Below are positions 24,598 to 38,749 of a stretch of 64,000 nt of DNA, one piece after another. The notes below the pieces were generated by a model, which was not told the DNA's origin, searched no databases, and saw only the letters and a program-made list of their open reading frames with translations. Origin of the DNA: Takakia lepidozioides (taxonomy: Eukaryota; Plantae; Bryophyta); the NCBI GenBank assembly GCA_030704615.1, contig CM060732.1, forward strand, positions 10,168,001 to 10,232,000, read 5' to 3'. Within the stretch, counting starts at the first letter, position 1. Each line of letters opens with the position of its first letter. The position numbers were made by a program, and so were the translations under genes.

Positions 24598-25578
24598 TGT
24601 TAGAGGACTGTCTGGGACTTAGGCACTTTTACGGGATCTGTGGGGTACCCTTAATTTTTGCACAGACTGAGACCAACAGGAGCCTTAGGGGTGACAGCAG
24701 CGCACTTTAGGGGGGGGTTACACAACCCGTCACAGCCAACACAGCCCGTCACAGTCCGACACAGCCGACACAGCCCGTCACAGCCAACACAGCCCGTCAC
24801 AGTCCGACACAGCCGACACAGCCGCCACAGCCGTCACAGCCAGTCACAGCTCGACACAGCCCGACACAGCCCAACACAGTCGCACAGCCAGTCACAGTTT
24901 CACATAGCCAGTCACAGCTTGACACAACTGTCACGACCATAGAGAACGGATAGCAGGACAGGGAACGACTGTGGGGAACAACATCTGCGAATGGAACATG
25001 TTAGTTCACGGATGACGGTTAGTGAGGGAAATGGTTAGAACAACGGGTAGGAAGATAAAGCCAGGAGCGAGGACTGGAAAAGGATCACTTCTTGGGGGAT
25101 TTCGGACATCACTAGGGGGAAATGAAGCGGAGAGAGCATCTCTGAGTAGAAAGAGGGAGAGCACGGAGTAGTAGGAGAACGATCTGTTGATGCTTGATGA
25201 ATGCAAGCAGTAGAGTGGTAATGTAGAGCAGATTAGAGACTCCATGGCTTCAGCCTGATACTTGATAGATATTAATCTGATACATACTTCATACTCACAC
25301 TGTGTAGAGAGATCTGAGTGAAGCTGTGGAATGAATGGATGAGTTGATGGAATCCGATAGATTGCTGAAGCAAACTGATACTTAAATACCAACAGTAAGG
25401 TAACTAGCTAACATGAATGCGGGAAGGAAAACAAATAGGAAACACCCCCATGATACACTAGCTGTAGGTCATGACTGATTGTTCTGAGCGGGCTGAGTGC
25501 TTAGAGATTTCCAACTCTTCTATCTTGGAATTCCCGCCTCGGATAGCGAAGGGATGGGTGAGTAAAAGCCGCGCAACA
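24598..25578 (+). repeat. 5' LTR of family A
   Basis: TG...CA termini, followed by PBS-like TGACGACCATACTGGGG; direct repeat of 56223-57221. Confidence 0.95.
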
Positions 25579-26166
25579 TTTGACGACCATACTGGGGGAT
25601 TGGGTCATGAACAACCAGATGTGATAGGCATCTGGTGGGATCATGGTGGTTGGAGAATTAAAGAATTTGATGTGAATCAAATTCCTTGTGAAACTGAGAA
25701 GGAAAGATTGTCCAAACGATTCTTTCAGAGGTTCTTGGAATTGCCAGATGGTTGTAAAGAAAACATTCTTAAGAGAGTGCATGATGCTGACCCTGAATGG
25801 GGTCTGGAGAAAGGAGTGATAAAGATTTATCAGGTAGCCTGTAGAGGAAGAGCACGTTGGTTACCAACACTGGTTTATGTGATAGCATTGCTATCCATTA
25901 AGCGAGTAGAGTTTGAAGGCTGGGAGGAAAGAAAGGTGAATGTTTATACTCATATGCATGAAGAGCTTGTAGTGGTAAAGAATTGGATTCCAAAGGATAT
26001 TTTGTGGATCAAACTCACACCAAGAACAGCTTTCCAGACTTGTTTGCCATATGGTTATATGGTAACGGAGACTTCTAGTATAGCCAAGGGTGCATTGAAG
26101 CTTGAAAGAAACCCAGGCATATACGAGAGATATTACAGAAGAGAGTTTTGGTTATTACCACATTAA
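25471..26166 (+). CDS. Extra 5' ORF (ORF0), 231 aa, unknown function
   Basis: Intact ORF starting inside the LTR and stopping 21 nt before gag; homologs at 11933 and 18349. Confidence 0.7.
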   Translation: MTDCSERAECLEISNSSILEFPPRIAKGWVSKSRATFDDHTGGLGHEQPDVIGIWWDHGGWRIKEFDVNQIPCETEKERLSKRFFQRFLELPDGCKENILKRVHDADPEWGLEKGVIKIYQVACRGRARWLPTLVYVIALLSIKRVEFEGWEERKVNVYTHMHEELVVVKNWIPKDILWIKLTPRTAFQTCLPYGYMVTETSSIAKGALKLERNPGIYERYYRREFWLLPH

Positions 26167-26187
26167 AAGAAATGAAAGACATGGGAC

Positions 26188-28155
26188 ATGAGTGATGAAA
26201 GAGAAGCTAGACGCCAGAGATATTCAGCAAAAAGAGAAAGCTATCTGAAAGCTAATTATCCATATCTTTGGGAGAGAGGAATAGACATAGGGGAATCATC
26301 TGGACCTCTCACACCATTAAGATCAGAGAGTACATCACCCATACCGGAAGAACTAGAGTTGGATGCCACTCCTTCTTTTTCTTTGCAAGAAAGATTAAGG
26401 GAATTGGTACGAGAAGAAGATCAATCACGAGGTGAAAGATCTGAGGTACATTCCTGGATAAAAGATTTGACAGAAATCTTTGATAAGAGTTGGCATGGAA
26501 CACCAAAAGCAGGAACTCCAGTTTCTGAAGCGGAAGGTGAAGAAGGAGGAGAGGATGTGGCAGAGCCAACGGAGAGTTCAGACTCTCCAACACCATTGCA
26601 GTTGAGTTACATGAGTGAAGAAGAAAACCCAAGGGCAGAACTTGAAGAATGAAAATAGAGAGAAGAAATTGGAAGAGGAAGAGTATGAAGAAGTAGACCC
26701 AACAGCTGAGGTTGAGACTACAACCAGGACATCCCAACCCGTTGGACCTGGATCAAGTGGAGCACTTGGATCACAGGCCAACGAAGGTGTCGGCTCAGGG
26801 GGATCAGGCGGGCTGCCTGGATCTGGCTCTAGGGGGACAGGGAGTGTGGGAAGTAGTGCAACTGGAGCTGGGAATACTGTGAATATCGTGGGGCCAGTAG
26901 CAGGGAGTGCTCAAGGGCCACCACTTGGTGGAAGATCCACCACAACAACAACAGGTCCTGAAGGACCAGCACCAGCAAGGGTGCCAGCACCTGTCAGTGG
27001 GCAGAAGGTAGGGCCACAGATGGCGTTACAACCAACACGGGCAAAACCACCTTTTCCAATATATTCAGGAAAAGGGGATCCCGATGTACACATTAGCCAA
27101 TTTGAGCACATGTGTATAGTGAACAATGAGAATGGCGATGATGCCAAGATGAGATTGTTTCCTTGTTCACTTATCAAGAAAGCAAGTGAATGGTATGCAA
27201 GATTCCCTGATAATCATTTCCTAACCTGGAATGGCTTGAATACAACATTCCAAAATAGGTTCAGGACAAGTAAAACTGAGGATGAAGTGTATGGAAGTTT
27301 ACAACAGTTAAAGCAAAAGAAGCATGAAACTGTTGAGGAGTATATGGAAAAGATGGAATTGATGATGAAAAAGCTGGCTGCTGTACCAGCACCAGGTTTA
27401 TAGAAGACTTGGTTTGTGAGTGGACTAAGACCAGAGTTGCAAAAGAAAGTGGATATGTTACCCCATAATACAGTGGAGGAGGCATTTGAAACTGCAAACA
27501 GAATTGAGCAATTGGGAATGCTCAGGAGAGAGAAAATGGATGATGAGGACTCTGAGGATGAGTCAGATGAAGAAGAAGAGCAAGAACTAAAAAGGAAGAG
27601 TAAGAGAAAGGAGAAGTTGAAGAGGGATAACTATGATAAAGATTAGAAGAAATCTTGAAAAAGTATGCCACAGAGGCTGCAACACATTGGAGGAAGGGTG
27701 TATGGTGTGCAAAGTGCCAGAATGAAGGCCATACCACCACTGAATGCCACATGAAGGAGAAACACTGTACTATCTGTAAAATGGATAACCATTCTACTGA
27801 GAATTGTTACTACAACAGAAGGACAGCTGCAAGAGAACCTAGGCAAGTAAGGGTGCATCAGGTGCAGCCCCAGCCAAGAAGAAACAATGATCAGGACCAC
27901 TATGGTAGGTCTGGTGGTTATAACAATGGCATGGAAGGGAGAGGTAATTCAAGAGAGAATTACCAAGGAAATTCCAGAGGCAACTATCAGGGTAATCCAA
28001 GGGGGAATTACCAGCCCGGGATCAGGATTACAGAAATAATCCAAGAGCAGACCAAGGGCGAGGACCCAATGGTGAAGAACTGTGTTACTATTGTAATCAG
28101 CCAGGACATCGCAAGGCAGCCTGTTCATTTTGGATTAGACACCAGAATGAGATGA
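26188..28155 (+). pseudogene. gag: Gag, with frameshift and stops
   Basis: YSGKGDPDVHI..LFPCSL..ASEWY..LKQKKHETVEEY capsid region; two knuckles CAKCQNEGHTTTEC and CTICKMDNHSTENC. Confidence 0.9.
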
Positions 28156-28510
28156 GAGCTCCTGTGAGTGAGGGCCTTGTGGTGGCAGCTCACATGGTTA
28201 GGCCATGTGTTGTACCAGAAGTAAGTACAATGATAGTAACAAGAAGCAAAGCCAAACTAATACCTCCAGTAGTTGAGGAAGATGATGATAATGAAGGTGG
28301 CAGTGATATGCCTGAAGATGATGAGGCTTGGAGAGATGAGAAGGAACTGCACAAGGAAGTGACAGATACCATAAGGGAAATGCATAAGAGTATTGATATT
28401 CCTGTGGCAGATTCCTCTGATTCTGATGGAGAAGAAGAAGTGAGTGAGGATGAAAGGAAGAAAGAAGCTGCAGACATGCAAAGTAATGAAGGGACTTTGG
28501 CTGAAGTAAT

Positions 28511-29604
28511 ATGCCAGACCAAAGCGGAGATTACCATTGGACAGCTATTGGTTTGGCACCTTATTGTAGACACAGGCTGTATCAAGCAATCAATCGAATT
28601 GCCCAGGAGACAGGAAACACAAACCTGAACAACAAGGTGACCAGTTATAATGTGAAGCCGGAAGGGCGAGAAACAGTCATGGACTTTGATGATTCTATGC
28701 TAGTAATCCAATTGAGAATTGGAAGCACAGAACTAACTGATATACTGATAGATGGAGGCTCTGGAGTAAATATCATGACAGACCAATTAAGAAAGAAGCT
28801 TGGTCTAAGTAACATGAAACCAGCCCCATTTACAGTAACAATGGCAGATCAAAGGAGTGTACAGCCATTGGGATTAATAAGAGGAGTTAAGATACAGATA
28901 CAGAAGATGATCTTTATGATCACAGTAACTGTGTTGAAGATGGATGAAGTCATGGAGGCTTACTCCTTATTATTAGGACGTCCGTGGCTGAAACAAGCCA
29001 GGGTATTCCATGACTGGAATTCTCAGTTACTAACCGTGCATAATGGGATGCACGAGATACAAATTACCACAAAGAAATCAAGTAGATTACCTGCTACGAG
29101 AAGACCTCGAGGGGTCAGAGAGTATGACTGGAGAGGAGGACTGGATGAGGAGCAAGAAGCTACCCTGTTTGCGGCACACCCAGAATGGGAGCAGGTTGTA
29201 GAGATGCGGCTGGAAGGCCTAAGTTGTTTAAGAAGTATCTGCTGTGGTGTAGTGTCAGCAACACCAATTGAAGAGGAAACCAGCAGTTACCCATCACATT
29301 TCTATGAAGAAAGAGAAGGAGAAATGGAAATCCTAGAGGAACCAGCCACTGTGAGTTTACAGGATGAAGTGGTGACTGGTTGGACAATCACAGCTGATGA
29401 GCAGGTGAGGGAAGTGAATGTGGGAACTGAAGAGGAACCGAGGATGGTGAAAGTAGGAGCTGAATTGGAGCCAGAATTCTTTGAAGAAGCTAAGAGTTTG
29501 TTCATCAAATACAGAGATGTATTTGCTTGGAGCTATGAGGATCTAAAAGGGATACCACCTGAAATCTGTCAGCATAAGATTGAACTGGAACCAGGATCAG
29601 TACC
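28511..29604 (+). pseudogene. pol: Pol 5' part: aspartic protease and linker
   Basis: ILIDGGSGVNIM, LLLGRPWL, YRDVFAWSYEDLKGI; cut by the CACTA insertion at ELEPGSVP. Confidence 0.9.
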
Positions 29605-30692
29605 CACTACAACAGATTGCGGCTTTTATGACTCCCATGGGTGCGTAGTCATGGCAGATTTGTGGCAGAAATGCCATTTGCAGTCGTAAAATGCTTTTGA
29701 AGTCATAATGCAAGTCTGGGGAAGGCGTATATGCGACTGCATGGCTCCGGACTCTGCGCAACACAGGTCAAACATGTTTGACCACGAATATTGGCATGGC
29801 AGATATGACTACTAGTCACGGTCATGGCTTACACTGGAATGACGTGTACATATTGCTAGACAGACATATGACTTCATGACTCTCATTCTAATGCATTCTG
29901 CCAGATCATCACATAGATGAATCACTACATGACTGCACGTGTCAACACATGCTTTTCTGGTTATATATATAATATATGAGTATTTATATTTTGAAAAAAC
30001 GGAGACTCTGACCACTAGAATGAATTAAAAAAAACAAAAAACAAAAAAAGTGCAAAAAGATTTAAAGAAAAACACATGATAGAGTAAGTGGCACAGTGTG
30101 TCGCCCTGGTGGTTTGGGATTCAAACCCGCTGCCCTTATCCTGTATGTGGGATTGTTCGTGACGGTATGTCTGGGCGTTGATCATCCTGTAGGTCTTATG
30201 GCCCATAAATGAAGGCGGGTGAAATTTTCCCCCTCCTCAAGGGCCCGTGGTTTCCTTTAAGAAAAGAAAAATAAATAAAAAAAATCAAAAGGGGCTTTTA
30301 GGGTTTATAAAAAGGTTTAAAATCTTAAAAAGTTGCCCATCACGGTAGGGTGAACAGACTTAGAGCAAGTGGGAGGGAGGGAGAGAGATGGCTGGGACTT
30401 AGAGTGAGCGAGCGGGAGTGAGGGCAAACATGCATGGGAGTCAGCTTCGTCTTAGCAGGCCGTGTTTCAATCTCTACCCGCTCAGCCCTGATTTTACAGC
30501 ACGGAGCAGAGCTGGCATTAGTTTCTTAAAGATCCTTCACGATGGTGGGACAACCGCAATCGCAAGGTGTGGCTTTTCCTTGGTTGAACGTCGTCATGTC
30601 TGTCTTCGTAGCCTACTTTCTTTGCTGCACGACATCTTGTATGTCCCCTTAGATTTCCTTTCTAAGCTTCTCCTAGACGACAAAGAATTCAC

Positions 30693-33610
30693 ATGCAAAG
30701 GGCTGGCTTGCGGCTGGCCACTTTCAACTTCTCAGGGCTTACTAACCAAAGGAAACAACTCAAAGTTGGACAAGTCCTTCGGACTAATGATATTCATATC
30801 TGTGCTGGGCAAGAAACATGGGAAACTTCGGATAAACTGGTTGGAGATGTCAATGGTTATAAATGGGCAGGTAGGATGTGTACTCTCAAGGCAGCCTCTG
30901 CCAAACGCGGTCATAAAGGGGTTGGATTCTTTGTTCGTGTTCTCTTGTTTGATAATTGTGAAATTATCAACAAGGGTTTGAGGTACGAACATAGTATCTA
31001 GCTAAAACTGAATCTGAAGGGCGGCATGAGTACGAAGGACCTCTTTGTGGGTTGTGTTTACATGCCCACAGAGGGGACCCTTAGTGCTGACGCAGACAAA
31101 GCCTTCGAAGATGTAAAGCTGGACTGTGCTTCGTTCCTTGCCAAAGGTCAGGTAGTGCTATTGGGTGACTTCAATGCCCGGGTGGGCAAAGGGCTCCATC
31201 AGGACGATATCATTGGGCCTTTTGGTGAGGACGAGCTGAATTCTAATGGCAGACGGTTAATTAACTGTCTGGAAGAGCTTCAGCTTTTGACCTTGAATAA
31301 CAGGACAAGAGGTGACCAAGTGCAGTGGACTCGTGAGAAATCCCAAACTGGGGAACGTTCCATTGTGGACTATATCATAATGGACAAAAATTTGTTTCCC
31401 CAGTGTGCCAATGTGTTGATCGATAGAACTGATATTGGTACCTCTGACCACTTCCTGGTTTGGACTAAGATCAAAAGGTGTTTTCCCAACACCAACAGAT
31501 CTGTGAAACGTTCGATTCGGAAGTGGCGCATAGAAAAAATCCATAATGAGGAGGTCAAGGCTGAGTACATCCAGGCCTTGCAAGAGGCTCTCCCTCATTT
31601 TGTCCAATCGCTCCAAGAACTTCAGTCTCGCTCTGACAACGCAAGAAATGAAGTCGAAAGAGCAGTGGACTCTTGGGAGAGTATCGTCTCCTCCGTGGCT
31701 GACAAGATCATTGGGAGGAAACTAATTGTCTGTGGTAGAGCTGTTAATTGGTGGACCAATGAGATCAAACTCAAGATAGCTGAGAGACGAGCCCTCTATA
31801 AAGAGTGCTGCAATTTGAAAACCAACAGAGAATTGTGGGCGAGGTACTATCAGCTCCGGAAAGATATCAATCAGCTTGTTAGGTCTCAGAAGAAATTATA
31901 CTGGGATAAGTTATACAGTGAAATAAACTCAAACCACCATGGTGGTAATGACAAGAAATTCTGGTTGGCCCTTCAACGTTTGTACAAGCCTAAAAACGGT
32001 CAGCAAGTACAAGCGCTGAAGACTACTAAAGGTGCAGTGGTGACTTCATCGGTTGACATTGTCAAAACCTTTGAAAATCACTACAGTATCCTTGGCAGAA
32101 CTTCTAGGTCTAACAGTGAGGGGTCTTCTGCTGAATGGAGGGACACAGTTGGAAAAATTGTTCCTATGATTCAAAACAGCCCTGATGAACTGGAGTATAT
32201 TTCAATGGCTTATAACGCTCCCATTAGTTCTTCTGAGATTGTGGAAGCAATTGAACATTTAAATGGATATAAAGTTGGTGGACCTGATGGTATTGTCAAC
32301 GAGCTTATCAAGCACGGTGGCGATCCCATGATAGAGGCCCTAGTTCTCCTCTTTAACCTTATCTGGAAGACTGAAATGATCCCCTTTCGCTGGCGACAGG
32401 GGGTCATTGTCAGTCTATACAAGAAGGGTGACAGAGAAGAACCGGGGAACTACCGTGGCATCACGCTCCTCAATGCTGTTGGCAAGACATTCTGCAGAGT
32501 TATAAGTACTCGTCTCGAGGTTGATCTGGAGTCTAGAGGTTGTTTCCACGAAGGCCAAGCTGGCTTTCGGCGAAACAAGGGCTGTGTGGATCATATCTTC
32601 ACTCTAAGCCAGATTATTCAGGGAAGGAAAAAAGAAGGGAAACCCACTTATGTTTTTTTCCTGGATGTCAAAAAGGCTTATGACATAGTGTGGAGAGATG
32701 GCCTATGGTTCCGCCTCTGGTCTTGTGGGATCAAGGGAAAGATGTGGAGAGTTGTCCACAACTTGAATGCTCGCACCAAAAGCTGTGTCACTGTTAACGG
32801 ACAGAAGTCCAACTTCTTTGACATAGACCAAGGTGTAGCTCAAGGATGTACTCTCTCCCCTCTGCTCTTCAATGTTTTCATCAATCAACTCCTCGAGGAT
32901 GTGGAAAGCGAAGGATTTGGGTTAAGGGTGGGTGATACCACCATACCAGCCCTTATGTTTGCAGATGACTTTGCATGCATAGGGGAGACTCCAACCAATC
33001 TCCTTAGAGGCTGTAGTGTCTGAAGCCATGTCTGTTGCCATGAGATTGTCTGATGAAAATGAAGTTAGGCAGAGAACTTCCCTGAACTTGTTTCCAGTCA
33101 GTGACATGGGGGTGGACATCTTGGATGACCTCAAGGGTCTACCCACTCTCGGCACTAGACTGAAATTTAAACTCAGGGCAGGAAGCCTACCTTTGAACAG
33201 CAAACAGAAGCAGAGAGGAAAAGGAGAGTGCAATTGTTCGTTGTGTGGGCAATCTGAAGACAATATTCATTTTCTGATACGCTGTCCGGGGTTCTCTCAC
33301 CAAAGAGACGCTCTCTTCAATTCTATCAAGGGAATTGTGCCTGTACCCCTGTTTACCAACTTTGAAAGTCTCGAGGCTGAGCCAAAAGCCCAGGCCCTCC
33401 TGAGGCCTAGTTTTTGGACACACAGCAGATTGATGCTTGTGTGAAGGGTTTTCTAGAGGATATATGGAAAACCCGGATTAATTCCTTATATGATGGTAAG
33501 TCTTACTACCAACGTCAGCCCCTGACGGAGGTAGGTTCTGTTCCTTTTGTTCCTGCTCAAACTGGGCGCGGGGTCAATGGCCACAAGGCTACGACAAACA
33601 ACGTCTTATG
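30693..33610 (+). mobile_element. LINE ORF2 (AP endonuclease + RT + C-terminal CCHC), internally deleted after the FADD motif
   Basis: ATFNFSGL, QETW, LGDFNARVG, SDHFLV; GPDGI, NYRGITLL, QAGFR, FLDVKKAYD, QGCTLSPLLF, FADD; CSLC..HFLIRC. Stop at 31001 and an abrupt jump near 33000. Confidence 0.93.
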
Positions 33611-33874
33611 AGTACAATCTAAGCTTCTCCGTCAGCTCCGTAGGGTTTGTGTTATTGTATGGCAGCGTCCAATTTATATTCCTAGTCATTTTGTTGGTTG
33701 ATAGATTGCTGTCACAGTACGCGTGTCACAGTACAAGCTGTAAGAAAGCAAGAGATACATAGTTATACAGTCAAATAGACAACTATCAGTTTCTGTGGAA
33801 TCTCTTCCCAATGGCAGGATGGGTTGGGAACAGCCAAGTCAGGAGGCGAATGCCTGTCAAATTACCACATGTCC

Positions 33875-34215
33875 TTCTGAACACTGCCCCTGCCCTGGTG
33901 GACATGTATGCCAAATGTGGGTGCATCGAGGATGCCAAGGGAGTGTTCAACACTGTGGCTGAACGAGATGTGGTGTTGTGGAGTGCGATGCTTGCAGGGT
34001 ATGCACAGCTGGGGTGCGGGATGGAGGCTCCAACCTTTGAGCATGATGGGGGAAGGGGTGAAGGCCGTTGACATAACGTTTGTGTGCGTTTACAATGCGT
34101 CTGGCAGCCCTAGAAAAGGGCAAAGAGATCCCTGGTAACATCATCAAATCTGCAATTGTACCAGATGTCATCCTGAACATTGCTCTGGTGGCCATGTATG
34201 CTAAATGTGGGAGAT
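33875..34215 (+). pseudogene. PLS-class pentatricopeptide repeat gene fragment
   Basis: ALVDMYAKCG..DAKGVF..ERDVVLWSAMLAGYAQLG, ITFVCV, ALEKGKEI..ALVAMYAKCG, with frameshifts. Confidence 0.9.
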
Positions 34216-35877
34216 GGTCAACTGGCAGCAACGGCACAAGTCCGGACCAATCAGGCACTGCTAATGAAGGCATCTTCTTCAACACATTTCACCTTGTTTT
34301 TCCCTCTTTATCAGAATCGGCCCTAAATTTACATGTTCAATTCTACAAGTTAGCTGGTTGAGTGAATCTAGTTTGGAGTGACTTTGACATGATACTGCCA
34401 ATGTGACAACAGGAAAGTGTCAAAAAACAGGTAACAGAGATGAGGAGAAGTTGTGGAATGAATACTTATCTGAGCCTTGTCACTGATGGGTCAACCGGGG
34501 CAGAAAGGTGAATGCCTGCTACATTTCAAAGAGTAGCAGACGCAATTCAACATAGGAACTAGTGTGCTACGCTGAGTTGGGTGTTTCCTAGAACAAATGT
34601 AGGCTGTCATTGTCAGTTGCTAGTAGCAAGGCAAGGTTGAATGCTTGATTTTGTGCAGAGGCATGGATAGCTGAAGGAGTAGAGATAGAGTGTGGGTGAC
34701 GCGGGGTGTTGGGCAATGGGCAAGACGTCTTTGTATAAACGTGAGGGACCTTCCTATCCTCCTGGCTCTCATTTTTAGTGCATGTTTCTTTGTGAAGTAT
34801 CTGACGACTTTGCCAACACACACCAACCTTTTTGCTTTGGTTTGTTTACGAGTCCATGGGATAGAAGTTACCATAAATAACACTGGCATTGGTTTTTCAT
34901 ATATGGTATTAGACAATTCTCTTAATTATTTCCGCCTTGGCAGGTTGCTCAGTGACCTTCCCTGGACGCTTTGGAGTATAGCGAGTGAGTGTCTCACAAT
35001 GCAATGTTGGTTGGTGCATCTTATGCAAGAACTTGGAAAACAAATAGATGTCATTGCTGTAGTAATTCTTAAAGCCATGCAAGCTTTAGTTTTTGATAGG
35101 TTGCAGATTGATGGAATAGCATGAGTAGTTAGAAGATTATGGGTGAACACTTTTCAAAGTGTTATAGTTAGACAATATAATTCACATGAGAACATGTGAC
35201 TATTTTATGTATTTTTAGATCGCGACCAAAATGATAATGATAAATAGATTGGTAAATAGAGAATGTATACAATCTCTTGGTTTTGCTCAGCTTGTTGCAG
35301 TTATGTCTTGCTGCCTTGTTCTCTTTGTATTATATATTATATTTCATTGTTGTAATAGACATGTACATGACTACTATCATAGTCATAATAATGACTACAT
35401 ATATTTTCACTCTCCAATAGTACTACACCATGTGGCAGAAATACAAATATGTAAAAAAAATAGCAATACACCCAAAAAACACCAATCATGACACATGTCA
35501 ATCTGCTGAGGACCACGTGTAAAAATTACAATGCGCCACGTGTTGCAATCGGATTAGCACTCCCGTAGTCATAGTTGGCAGTCATGGAGAGCGAACATTC
35601 TGCCACGTGTCATTTCATGTATCGAGCACGTGCCACTCTTGCACAGCCGCTGACATGGATTACATTGTCCGTTCAGTCATTCAGTAAAGCCAGCGTGTAT
35701 GACTACCCCCACAGCTGCTCAGGCGCCACGTCACAGCCAGCCTGGAGAGTCATATCTGCCATGTCACAACTGACTAGGTCTTTACGTCTTCAGAGTCAGG
35801 AAGTCGTAAATGGCTTCCATGACTGCATTTGCAGTCATAACACAGAGACGTAAAAGCCGCTTTTTGTTGTAGTGACC

Positions 35878-38749
35878 AATCAAGCAGGCAAGGTACAGAA
35901 TGAATCCCAACTATGCACAGAAGGTTGGAGAAGAGATCAAGAAGTTGGCTGAGGCTAAGTTTATATACCCAATAGAGTATACAACTTGGTTGTCACCCAT
36001 TGTGATAGTTCCCAAGAAGAATGGTAAACTAAGAGTTTGTGTGAACTACAAGAAGCTGAATGCTTGTACGAAGAAAGATCCTTTCCCTTTGCCATTCACA
36101 GAAGCAGTATTGGACACTGTGGCAGGCCATGAGATGTACTCATTCATGGATGGCTTTAGTGGTTATAATCAAGTGCAAGTGGCAGAAGAAGACCAAGGAA
36201 AGACAGCTTTCATCACAGACTGGGGTGCTTATGCATACAAAGTCATGCCCTTTGGACTTTGTAATGCACCAGCAACCTTTCAGAGAGTGATAAGTGAATC
36301 TTTTCATGAGTATCTGGATGATTTCATGCAGGTGTTCTTGGATGATTTCAGTGTGTACAGCTCTAAGAATGAGCACTTGCATAAATTGGAGTTATGTCTG
36401 GCCAGATGCAGGATGAGAGGTCTGGGCCTGAATCCAGAGAAATGTACTTTCTGTGTGAACTCAGGGGTGCTTCTGGGACACATTGTGTGTAAGAGGGGAC
36501 TTCTTGTGGATCCCAGGAAAACAGAGGCCATTAAAGCCTCTCCACCACCAGTGAATGTTAAGAGTCTAAGGAGATTCCTTGGACAAACCAGCTATTACAG
36601 AAGATTTGTCAGACAGTATGCACAGATAGCAGCACCATTGAGCAAACTTCTGAAGAAAGATGCAGTGTTTGCATGGACACCTGAATGTCAACAGGCTTTT
36701 GAGGAACTTACATTGTCAGTAACAACTACACCTGTGCTGATTAATCCTCACTGGCAGGAAATATTTCATGTTCACTGTGATGCTTCTGGAGAAGCACTAG
36801 GAGCAGTGTTAGCCCAAAATGTTACAGGAAGGATAGATTCACCTGTGTACTATGCTAGCCGATTGATGAACAATGCCGAAAGAAATTAAAGCACAACGGA
36901 AAGAGAAGCATTGGCAATGATCTATGCAGTGAAGAAATTCAGGCATTACCTGTTGGGCAAGAAGTTTATGTTCTATGTGGATCACCAGGCTGTGATATAC
37001 CTGGTAAACAAACCTCTGATAAGCGGAAGAATAGCAAGATGGTTGATAATCTTGCACGAGTTTGAGTTCGAGGTTGTTTACAAGCCTGGGAGGCTGCATC
37101 TTGTGGCGGATCACTTGTCACGGTTATCAACAGGAGAACCAGCCACGGGAGTAGATGATCAATTACCAGATGCGAGTCTATTTGTAGTGGAGGTGCAGGG
37201 AAGTGCATATGACTGGTTAGATTGGCAGTGGCCAATCAGATACTACCTTGTTCATGATCAGTGCCCACCAAGTTATGGAAAGGAGCAGAGAAAGAGAATT
37301 GCTATCAAGGCTCTACCTTACACTATGGTAGGGAGCAGAATGTATAAGCTAGGACCAGATGGAGTGCTGAAGCGATGCTTATACCACCATGAAGTTAATA
37401 AAGTTTTGGAGGAAGTTCATAAAGGAGTGGCAGGAGGTCATTTTGGAGAAGAGACTACCAGCAGGAAGATACTACATGCAGGTTACCGGTGGCCTACTTT
37501 GTTCAAAGATGTACACAAGTATTGTCAGAGTTGTGATGAATGTCAGAGGCTAGGACCTTTGCAGAGATCTGGGAAGATGGCTTTGCATCCTACAATGCCT
37601 ACGGAACCATTTCAGAAATGGGGACTAGACTTTGTTGGACCAATTAACCCACCAGCCAAGAATACACAGAACAGGTACATAATTACAGCCACTGATTATA
37701 CTACGAAGTGGGTGGAAGCTAAAGCTTTGAGGGACAACACAGCCAAGTCCACAACAAGGTTCCTGTATGAGAACATACTTACACGATTTGGCTGTCCCTT
37801 GGAATTTATCAGTGATCAGGGAAGTCACTTCATTAATGAGACCATTGAATTATTGACCTAAGAGTTCATGATTGTGCATAGGAAGAGTACAACATATTAC
37901 CCACAGGGTAATGGGCAGGCACAGGCTACCAACAAAATACTATGTACTATCTTGGCTAAGATAGACAATGCAAACAGAACGGATTGGGATACAAAGCTGC
38001 TGACAACTTTGTGGTCATACATGACTTCATATAAAGTCACCACTAAGTATACACCATTCCAATTAGTTTATGGTATGGAAGCTTTACTTCCAGTGGAATT
38101 CCTGTTACCTACCATGAGAACGGAATGGGGAAAAAGAATAGAATTGCAAGATTCAATTAAGGTCAGGAAACATAAATTATACCATGTGGAAGAAGTACGT
38201 GCTGATGCAGCTGATAACATGACCAGAATTCAGATGAAGAGAAAAGAACAGTTTGATGAAGGCAAGATAAAGACTTTTAAGACGGGAGATTTTGTTCTCT
38301 GGTTGCAGAAGAAGGGAAAGATTAAAGCTTCTAAGCTTAAATCACCATGGAAAAGACCTTATGTCATACAGAAGATGTATGATAACAACACCGCCATGTT
38401 ACAAACCATTAACAAAGAGATGCTGGGAAGAGTCAATGCCAATAAGTTGAAGGGGTACAGTGGTATCCATGACAAACCATTGCAGCATGATTTGCATGTT
38501 GAAACGCAAAAGCAGTCACGGGCTGCGCCAGTGATACCAACGGAGTATGGAGCACTTGTCGCTAGGCCGAGCATATATGACCAGGGCGGGCAGAACAAGC
38601 GCGACACAGCCTATCACTGCCCATCACGGCGCAACACAGCCTATCACAGCCCAGCACGGCGTGACACAGCCTATCACAACCCATCACGGCGCGACACAGC
38701 CTATCACAGCCCATCACGGCGCAACACAACCTATCACAGCCCAGCATAG
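35878..38749 (+). pseudogene. pol: Pol 3' part: reverse transcriptase, RNase H, integrase
   Basis: FMDGFSGYNQ, MPFGLCNAPATFQR, FLDDF; HCDAS, FYVDHQA, ADHLSR; H..H..C..C zinc finger, WGLDF, ISDQG. In-frame stops at 36889 and 37861. Confidence 0.95.

Larger units (their letters stand above)
29605..35874. mobile_element. Non-autonomous CACTA element
   Basis: TIRs CACTACAACAGATTGCGGCTTTTA and TAAAAGCCGCTTTTTGTTGTAGTG, 3-bp TSD ACC (29602-29604 and 35875-35877), CATGACT/AGTCAT subterminal motifs. Confidence 0.95.

Noticed and set aside
30105-30135. tRNA or SINE (B-box-like GGGATTCAAACCC)
   Set aside because: No cloverleaf or convincing A-box could be built.
34360-35500. Host gene exons inside the small CACTA
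   Set aside because: AT-rich sequence with short ORFs and no recognisable motif.
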